DNA of 9,508 nucleotides from an archaeon. GTDB taxonomy: Archaea; Iainarchaeota; Iainarchaeia; Iainarchaeales; CSSED10-239. Positions 1-4,961 of this stretch are shown here, piece after piece; within the stretch, counting starts at the first letter, position 1, and each line of letters opens with the position of its first letter. The position numbers and the translations under genes were made by a program. The notes under the pieces are model-generated. The model was not told where the DNA came from and did not search any database. It saw only the letters and a program-made list of their open reading frames with translations. The DNA lies in NCBI GenBank assembly GCA_035387745.1, contig DAOOON010000023.1:1-9508 (forward strand), given 5' to 3'.

Positions 1-14
1 ATATATATATATAT
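1..14. repeat. (AT)7 dinucleotide microsatellite at the window edge
   Basis: Direct reading: atatatatatatat at 1-14. Confidence 0.9.
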
Positions 15-73
15 CGGTTCTCTTTTTTTATATTTATTTAATTAATTAACTTAAAAAAGGAGATGAAATCAAA

Positions 74-373
74 ATGAAAAAAGAAAATACAAAAATAATG
101 CTTTGGGCAGTAGTTGCTTTAGTTCTTGGTATAGTTATTGGTGCGGTAATTACAAATGCAACAATTGGAAATGCTAAATCAATTTATACACAGGATAAAA
201 ATATAACTGCTAAAACATTAAATCCCAATCCAGAGTTTTATAATCTAAGTTATGAGGATTGTTTAGAAGTTGGTCTTCCCGCCTTTGATCCTCCAAATGG
301 CGGTGCAGAAGGGCCCTGGAATTATGTAGGGTGTGTGATTGATGGTTTTTTTGATGAGATAGAGATAGACTAA
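74..373 (+). CDS. Small membrane-anchored or secreted hypothetical protein (99 aa)
   Basis: ORF preceded by aaaaggagatgaa (55-67), with GGAG 15 nt upstream of the ATG. The N-terminus MKKENTK is followed by a roughly 20-residue hydrophobic helix (IMLWAVVALVLGIVIGAVI). There are three N-x-S/T sequons (NAT, NIT, NLS), two Cys and an acidic C-terminus. A hairpin follows at 387-409. I recognise no family. Confidence 0.55.
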   Translation: MKKENTKIMLWAVVALVLGIVIGAVITNATIGNAKSIYTQDKNITAKTLNPNPEFYNLSYEDCLEVGLPAFDPPNGGAEGPWNYVGCVIDGFFDEIEID

Positions 374-386
374 AATATATATAACT

Positions 387-409
387 AGAAGAGAATTTCA
401 TTCTCTTTT
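387..409 (+). terminator. Stem-loop after the 99-aa ORF, followed by a T-rich tract
   Basis: agaagagaat (387-396) pairs with attctctttt (400-409), giving a 10-bp stem with one G.U and a 3-nt loop ttc, followed by T-rich sequence. Archaeal termination mainly uses oligo-T, so the role of the hairpin is uncertain. Confidence 0.35.
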
Positions 410-546
410 ATAAACTTTTCTTTTCATTAAGATATTTATGATATACAAAATAGTTTTAGAGGATTCTGATTATAAATCAAAGTTTTGTATAATTATCAAT
501 AACTTTAATGGCCAGTAGGCCACTACTTTATCTATTCGCATTGTAA

Positions 547-571
547 CTTATTGTCAAAATCTTGACATAAG
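547..571. promoter_or_regulatory. Imperfect inverted repeat just upstream of a TATA-like box for asnS
   Basis: cttattgtcaa (547-557) and ttgacataag (562-571) form 10 bp with one bulged T and a 4-nt spacer. A TATA-like tttttaatatat lies at 579-590, an SD-like ggaagtga at 619-626, and the asnS ATG at 636. Confidence 0.3.
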
Positions 572-635
572 TGGTTTATTTTTAATATATTTGTTTATCA
601 TTATTTAATAATTAAAATGGAAGTGAATTAAAAAA

Positions 636-1940
636 ATGGAAAAAAAATATTTAAGTGTTAAAGGGGTTTTAGAAAGTAAAACAGAAGATATATCTATTCG
701 AGGATGGGTATATAGAATTAGAGATCAAAAAGATAATATCTTTGTAACAATTAGAGATGAAACCGGAATTATACAGCTTGTTGCTTCAAAAGACAAGTTA
801 AAACCAGAAGAGTTTCAAACAGCAAAAGCATTAGGAATAGAATCTTCAATAATAGTTCATGGAAAACTAAGAAAAGAAGAAAGGTCTCCTCAAGGTTATG
901 AAGTTGATATTGATTCAATAGAGCTTGTTGGAAAATCAGAGAACTATCCAATCTCTAAAGACTTCTCTGAGGAGTTTCTTCTAGATGTTAGACATCTCTG
1001 GCTTAGAAGTAGAAAAATGACAAGCATCCTAAAGATAAGATCAACAGTAATTGGAGCGATTCATGAATATTTTAGAAAAGAAGGATTCTATGAATATCAA
1101 TCACCAATACTTCAATCAGTCCAATGCGAAGGAGGTTCTTCTCTTTTTAAAGTTGATTACTTTGGAGAAGAAGGAGTTTTCTTAGCTCAGACCTGGCAAC
1201 TATATGCTGAGCCAGCAATCTTTTCTTTAGGAAAGATTTATACCATTGCTCCATCTTTTAGAGCAGAGAAATCAAAGACCTCAAGACACCTTACAGAATA
1301 CTGGCATGCAGAGATGGAAGGGGTTTGGATTGATTTTGAAATGCTTCAAGATTATGGTGAAGGGCTAATCAAACATGTAATCAAAACAGTACTTTCAAAA
1401 CATAAAGAAGATCTTGATATCCTTAAAAGAGACACAAAGTTATTAGAAACAGCAATCTCTAAACCATTCATAAGAATGACATATACTGAAGTTCTAAAAC
1501 TTCTTAAAGAAAAAGCAGATATGGAAGTTGAATGGGGAAAAGATCTAAGAACAATTGAGGAAGACAAGTTAAGTAAAATGCACGATACCTTTACAATAGT
1601 TACAAGATATCCAAAAGTTGTTAAGGCCTTTTACATGAAAGAAGACCCAAAAGACTCAAGTGTCGTTCTTGGCTTTGATTGTATTGGCCCAGAAGGTTAT
1701 GGAGAAATTATTGGTGCAAGTGAAAGAGAGCCAGACTTAGAAAAGATAAAGCAAAGATTACTAGATGATGGCGAAGACCCAAAGCATTATGAGTTTTATC
1801 TAGACACTAGAAGATATGGTTCAGTTCCACATGCAGGCTTTGGTTTAGGTGTTGAAAGATTAATTGCATACATTACTGGTGTTGACAACATAAAAGACAC
1901 AATACCATTTCCAAGAACTATGGTTCGTTTCAAACCGTAG
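636..1940 (+). CDS. asnS: Asparaginyl-tRNA synthetase (class IIb, short archaeal-type, 434 aa)
   Basis: An N-terminal OB-fold-like segment (IRGWVYRIRDQKDNIFVTIRDETG) is present. Class II motif 2 reads FRAEKSKTSRHLTEYWHAEME. Motif 3 and the C-terminus read GSVPHAGFGLGVERLIAYITGVDNIKDTIPFPRT. The PH(A/S)GFGLG and FPRT signatures match AsnRS rather than archaeal AspRS (PHGGxGLG), as I recall them. Confidence 0.88.
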   Translation: MEKKYLSVKGVLESKTEDISIRGWVYRIRDQKDNIFVTIRDETGIIQLVASKDKLKPEEFQTAKALGIESSIIVHGKLRKEERSPQGYEVDIDSIELVGKSENYPISKDFSEEFLLDVRHLWLRSRKMTSILKIRSTVIGAIHEYFRKEGFYEYQSPILQSVQCEGGSSLFKVDYFGEEGVFLAQTWQLYAEPAIFSLGKIYTIAPSFRAEKSKTSRHLTEYWHAEMEGVWIDFEMLQDYGEGLIKHVIKTVLSKHKEDLDILKRDTKLLETAISKPFIRMTYTEVLKLLKEKADMEVEWGKDLRTIEEDKLSKMHDTFTIVTRYPKVVKAFYMKEDPKDSSVVLGFDCIGPEGYGEIIGASEREPDLEKIKQRLLDDGEDPKHYEFYLDTRRYGSVPHAGFGLGVERLIAYITGVDNIKDTIPFPRTMVRFKP

Positions 1941-1950
1941 ATAAAAATAT

Positions 1951-2069
1951 AATTGGTTCGCGTTGATAATCGTGCATAAGCACGAAATCCATTGCGCACG
2001 AATCCATAAAAACCATTTGGTTTTTAGGGCACCAGAAAATATATTTTCTGGGTGCGAGCGAAACCGATT
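1951..2069 (+). ncRNA. Candidate structured RNA or tRNA-Asn leader/promoter element (unclassified)
   Basis: This is the most GC-rich non-coding stretch in the window. A closing helix pairs 1951-1961 with 2058-2069 (11 bp, one G.U, bulged A2061). Hairpin A is 1970-1975/1980-1985 with loop ataa. A near-tandem repeat gcacgaaatccat (1980-1992) and gcacgaatccat (1996-2007) follows. Hairpin B is 2008-2014/2019-2025. Hairpin C is 2029-2039/2044-2055 (11 bp, bulged G2050). The element ends 2 nt before the tRNA 5' end. Confidence 0.3.
2029..2055 (+). promoter_or_regulatory. Putative tRNA-Asn promoter: palindromic TATA-like core flanked by GC-rich inverted arms
   Basis: The sequence is ggcaccag-aaaatatatttt-ctgggtgc. 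The AT core is centred near 2041-2042, about 26-30 nt upstream of the tRNA 5' end at 2072. That is the usual archaeal spacing from TATA box to start site with a very short leader. Confidence 0.4.
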
Positions 2070-2071
2070 CT

Positions 2072-2144
2072 GCCTCAGTAGCTCAGTGGTTGGAGCAATC
2101 GACTGTTAATCGATAGGTCGTAGGTTCAAATCCTACCTGGGGCG
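2072..2144 (+). tRNA. tRNA-Asn (anticodon GTT), 73 nt, no encoded CCA, no intron
   Basis: Manual cloverleaf. Acceptor stem is gcctcag (2072-2078) with ctggggc (2137-2143), one U.G, and discriminator G2144. The D arm is gctc/gagc. The anticodon stem is atcga (2098-2102) with tcgat (2110-2114), and the loop is ctGTTaa with anticodon at 2105-2107. The variable loop is aggtc. The T arm is gtagg-ttcaaat-cctac (2120-2136). Confidence 0.93.
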
Positions 2145-2166
2145 TTTAAAAGGAGATGAATAACTT

Positions 2167-2193
2167 ATGAAAAAGTATCTACCCAACATATAA
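2167..2193 (+). promoter_or_regulatory. 8-codon upstream ORF (MKKYLPNI-stop) with a strong SD, ending 7 nt before the asnA TTG start
   Basis: aaaaggagatgaa (2148-2160) is identical to the SD context of the ORF at 74, with the same 15-nt GGAG-to-ATG spacing. The ATG is at 2167 and the TAA at 2191-2193. Codon 7 is AAC (Asn). The reading frame differs from that of asnA. Confidence 0.35.
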
Positions 2194-2200
2194 ATCGAAA

Positions 2201-3190
2201 TTGGATTATTTTCAAACACAAGAAGCAATTCAATTTATAAAAACTGATTTTGAAAAAAACTTATCAAAAAAACTAAACCTTTTGCGTGTAAGCGCACCGA
2301 AATTTTTAATTGCAAACACTGGGCTGCTTGATGATCTTGCGGGAACTCAAAAACCTGTTTCTTTTAAAGTTAAATTTTTAAAAGAAGATATAGAAATTGT
2401 ACATTCTCTTGCAAAATGGAAAAGATTAATACTTGGAGAATTTAAATTTCCAATAGGTGTGGGACTATATACAGATATGGACGCCATAAGAAAAGATGAA
2501 GATGTTGATTCCACACATAGTGTTTATGTTGATCAATGGGACTGGGAAAAAGTAATTACAAAAGAACAAAGAAATATAAAATTCTTAAAAAAAATAGTAA
2601 AACAAATTTATTCAAGCATGTATAAAACAAAATTAAAGTTAAATAAAAAATATAAACAATTAGAATATACAATTCCAAAAGATATACATTTTATACATTC
2701 AGTAGATTTACAAAAGTTATATCCGAAACTAACCCCAAAAGAAAGAGAAGACAAGATTACAGAACAACATGGTGCAGTTTTTATTATTGGTATTGGTGCA
2801 GATTTATCTGACAATAAGCCACACGATATAAGAGCAACTGACTATGATGATTGGTCAACAATAGAAAACGGAAAACCAGGATTAAACGGAGACATTTTAG
2901 TTTGGGATAAAGTTAGTGGTAAAGCATTAGAGTTATCCTCTATGGGAATAAGAGTTGATAAAGATGCATTATTGTTTCAACTAAAAGAAAAGAATGAAAT
3001 ACACAAGTTGAAATTGGATTATCACAAAAAGATTATTTCAAATAAAATCCCTCTTTCAATTGGTGGTGGTATCGGGCAATCAAGACTTTCTATGTTTATA
3101 TTAGAGAAAGCACACATTGGAGAAGTTCAATCCTGTGTTTGGCCTAAAGGCTTAATAACTAAATTTAAAAATAAAGGGGTTATTTTATAA
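2201..3190 (+). CDS. asnA: Aspartate-ammonia ligase (asparagine synthetase A, AsnA type), 329 aa, TTG start
   Basis: Collinear with E. coli AsnA as I remember it. Shared motifs are VHSLAKWKR, HSVYVDQWDWE, IHFIHS, GAVFIIGIG, HDIRATDYDDWST, GLNGDILVW, ELSSMGIRVD, IGGGIGQSRL and HIGEVQ..VWP. The first canonical start in frame is TTG at 2201. Starting there, the N-terminus (MDYFQTQEAIQFIK) aligns with E. coli residues about 3-16. Confidence 0.9.
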   Translation: MDYFQTQEAIQFIKTDFEKNLSKKLNLLRVSAPKFLIANTGLLDDLAGTQKPVSFKVKFLKEDIEIVHSLAKWKRLILGEFKFPIGVGLYTDMDAIRKDEDVDSTHSVYVDQWDWEKVITKEQRNIKFLKKIVKQIYSSMYKTKLKLNKKYKQLEYTIPKDIHFIHSVDLQKLYPKLTPKEREDKITEQHGAVFIIGIGADLSDNKPHDIRATDYDDWSTIENGKPGLNGDILVWDKVSGKALELSSMGIRVDKDALLFQLKEKNEIHKLKLDYHKKIISNKIPLSIGGGIGQSRLSMFILEKAHIGEVQSCVWPKGLITKFKNKGVIL

Positions 3191-3254
3191 TTTGAATTTC
3201 TTTTTAAATTTATAGGTTTATAATATTATTATAAAAACTAAAAAAGGTGATAAT

Positions 3255-3740
3255 ATGCCAGCAATTGCAGCAAGAAAACCGATTTCCAGAAAACCAATGG
3301 AAATTAAGAATTCAATTTTAAGACAAAGAGAATTAGCAAAAGTGTCTACAAAAAAAAGAGAATTAAAAAGAGAAAACTTATCAAAAGAAATTTCAGAATT
3401 TGATAAAAAAGTTAATAGACTTCCAGAAAACAAAAGACCTATTGTACAAAAGCAGCTTTTAAGAAAACTAGAAGCAAGGCACAATTATATTCAAGCAAAT
3501 ATTGAAAAAATAAGTCAAAATCTACACAGGTATAAATTTAATGAAAAGAATATAACGTTTTTAGAAACCCTAAGAAAACAAGAAGTAAAAAGAACAAACA
3601 ATAACCAATATCAAATGTGGGATTACGCAGAGCAGAAACTAAAAGCGGGATATAAGCCAATAGAACTTTTAAAAGCAGGATATAATGTAGGAGAAGTAAC
3701 TGCTGGAGTTTTTAGACTAGAAACAAAAAGAAAAGCATGA
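3255..3740 (+). CDS. Hypothetical, very basic, probably coiled-coil protein (161 aa) with a C-terminal LKAGY decapeptide repeat
   Basis: SD ggtga at 3246-3250 and ATG at 3255. A TATA-like ctttttaaatttata lies at 3200-3214. The protein is rich in K, R and E. DNA repeats aaaagcgggatataa (3641-3655) and aaaagcaggatataa (3671-3685) lie 30 nt apart and encode LKAGYKPIEL/LKAGYNVGEV. I recognise no family. Confidence 0.6.
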   Translation: MPAIAARKPISRKPMEIKNSILRQRELAKVSTKKRELKRENLSKEISEFDKKVNRLPENKRPIVQKQLLRKLEARHNYIQANIEKISQNLHRYKFNEKNITFLETLRKQEVKRTNNNQYQMWDYAEQKLKAGYKPIELLKAGYNVGEVTAGVFRLETKRKA

Positions 3741-4048
3741 ACAAAGCAATATGTTATTCCAATCTGACACTAAGTCACAAGAAACACCCATTACAGTTTA
3801 CTGTTGGTATTGGTTTTCAAGGTAAACTAATAAATGGCAGAGTTAAAGGCATTGATCTAAACAAAGAAAGAAAAACTCTAGAAGACTTTAATGCAAAGAT
3901 TAGAGATAAAGAATTATTTGTTTTGATTAAAGGCTATAAGGGCATGGAATCTCTTGCTAATTTTTATTTTAAGGAATTAAAAAATAAAAAAATAGATTTT
4001 ATAATTATTAAAGAAAGCAACACAGAAGAAATAATAATTGAAAAATAA
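3737..4048 (+). CDS. Hypothetical protein (103 aa), translationally coupled to the upstream ORF
   Basis: ATGA start/stop overlap at 3737-3740. No recognisable motif. Confidence 0.5.
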   Translation: MNKAICYSNLTLSHKKHPLQFTVGIGFQGKLINGRVKGIDLNKERKTLEDFNAKIRDKELFVLIKGYKGMESLANFYFKELKNKKIDFIIIKESNTEEIIIEK

Positions 4049-4050
4049 AC

Positions 4051-4090
4051 GTATTACAAAAAGCGACTATTTTTAAACATTTTGTAATAC
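4051..4090. promoter_or_regulatory. Perfect 11-bp inverted repeat bracketing a TATA-like box: putative operator/promoter of the PIN-antitoxin operon
   Basis: gtattacaaaa (4051-4061) and ttttgtaatac (4080-4090) are perfect reverse complements. The 18-nt spacer agcgactatttttaaaca contains ctatttttaaac (4067-4078). The box centre is about 26 nt upstream of ATG 4100 and there is no SD, which suggests a leaderless mRNA. The element could alternatively act as a hairpin terminator for the 3255-4048 unit. Confidence 0.45.
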
Positions 4091-4099
4091 ATTATATTT

Positions 4100-4600
4100 A
4101 TGGTTAAACTAAAAGCAGTAGTTGATTCTTCATTTTGGATTAATCTTAATAAAACAGATTTAGTCAAATATTTATTTGATTATTTCGATTTGTATTTTAC
4201 AGAGAAAGTAGAAGATGAGCTTTATGATTATAAAGACACAAGAGCAAGTGTTCCAAAAGATCTAGATTCTTTTATACAATTAAAAAAATTAGATTTTGTA
4301 CAAGTAAAAAACCCTAAAACCGTTTCAAAAAAACTTTTTGATACTCTTTCCAACTACTCCGGAGAAATATATACAATAGCATTAGCCGAAGAATTGAATG
4401 CAATAGTTTTAACAGACGATTCTGGGCCATTAAAATATTGTAATAGGTACGGAATTATATCAATAACAACTCCCACATTTATTTTAAAACTTTTTAAAGA
4501 TAGAATAATTACAAAAGAAATAGCAAAGCAGAAGATTAATTTGATAAAGAAAAGCATAAGAAAAGAAATAATAGGAGAGGCATTAAAACAATTAAAATAG
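4100..4600 (+). CDS. PIN-domain protein (DUF3368/COG2405-like), putative toxin ribonuclease, 166 aa
   Basis: Acidic residues sit in a PIN-like pattern: D9 (VVDSSFW), E38-D39-E40 (VEDEL), E89 (SGEIYTIALAEE) and D106-D107 (VLTDD). The C-terminal helical segment (YGIISITTPTFILKLFKDRIIT) is typical of the DUF3368 type, as I recall it. A UPF0175-like partner is adjacent. Confidence 0.72.
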   Translation: MVKLKAVVDSSFWINLNKTDLVKYLFDYFDLYFTEKVEDELYDYKDTRASVPKDLDSFIQLKKLDFVQVKNPKTVSKKLFDTLSNYSGEIYTIALAEELNAIVLTDDSGPLKYCNRYGIISITTPTFILKLFKDRIITKEIAKQKINLIKKSIRKEIIGEALKQLK

Positions 4601-4608
4601 GTGAAAAA

Positions 4609-4959
4609 ATGAAAAAATATAATGTTAAGAAAGTAAAATCTTTTAGATTATCAGATAATGCATTAGCATCTATAAGCTATATTTCAAAAGCAGAAAACAT
4701 TAATGAATCAGAAGTGACAAGGATTGTTATTGATAAAGGAATTAAAGAATATCTTTTTGAATCAGCAGTTAACGAATACAATACAAAGAAGATCTGTTTA
4801 AGTGAAGCAGCAAAGATTGCAGGACTTTCAAAAAGAGACTTTATGAAAGAACTAGAAAAAAGAGGAATTCCATTAAATATGGATCTGGAAGATTTTAGAT
4901 ATTCATTTGAAAGTATGGAAAGGATATTAAAAAAAATTGATGGAAAAAGTAAGAAATAA
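4609..4959 (+). CDS. Putative antitoxin: UPF0175/COG2886-like HTH domain with an N-terminal ribbon-helix-helix-like segment, 116 aa
   Basis: The C-terminal half (LSEAAKIAGLSKRDFMKELEKRGIPLNMDLEDF) matches the UPF0175 pattern of an HTH followed by GIP. Residues about 9-47 (VKSFRLSDNALASISYISKAENINESEVTRIVIDKGIKEY) have a CopG/RHH-like strand-helix-helix pattern. SD ggtga (4600-4604) overlaps the PIN stop codon. Confidence 0.68.
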   Translation: MKKYNVKKVKSFRLSDNALASISYISKAENINESEVTRIVIDKGIKEYLFESAVNEYNTKKICLSEAAKIAGLSKRDFMKELEKRGIPLNMDLEDFRYSFESMERILKKIDGKSKK

Positions 4960-4961
4960 AA

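Noticed and set aside
38-49. AT-only palindromes near both window ends (ttaattaattaa at 38-49 and ttattaattaataa at 9467-9480), considered as terminal inverted repeats of an element.
   Set aside because: They are low-complexity A/T palindromes of different sequence with no flanking target-site duplication. They are typical of AT-rich promoter or terminator spacers.
437-469. C/D-box-like sRNA: atgata (437-442) as a C box and ctga (466-469) as a D box.
   Set aside because: The C box is imperfect (UGAUAU rather than UGAUGA). There is no second C'/D' pair, no terminal stem, and the spacing is atypical. Such short matches are expected by chance in AT-rich sequence.
438-518. 26-codon ORF (MIYKIVLEDSDYKSKFCIIINNFNGQ) in the long spacer upstream of asnS.
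   Set aside because: It has no SD at the spacing used by other genes here and no recognisable features. Its length is within chance expectation.
2021-2060. tagggcacc in the spacer loosely resembles the conserved AGGGUGGNACCGCG core of bacterial T-box leaders, which is tempting given the Asn genes on both sides.
   Set aside because: The match covers only a few bases. I could find no specifier-loop or Stem I architecture. The element precedes a tRNA gene rather than an mRNA, and the genomic context is archaeal, where T-boxes are not known.
2167-2260. Possibility that asnA is frameshifted or a pseudogene, because the well-placed ATG at 2167 is in a different frame from the AsnA ORF.
   Set aside because: Starting at TTG 2201, the AsnA frame aligns to within about 2 residues of the E. 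coli AsnA N-terminus. The rest of the protein is intact through the C-terminal motifs. A frameshift is not needed to explain the data, although a sequencing error cannot be excluded.
2072-4959. tRNA-Asn as an integration site for a mobile island carrying asnA, the orphan ORFs and the toxin-antitoxin pair.
   Set aside because: No integrase or recombinase ORF is present. I could not find a downstream direct repeat of the tRNA 3' half (ggttcaaatcctacc...) that would mark an att site.
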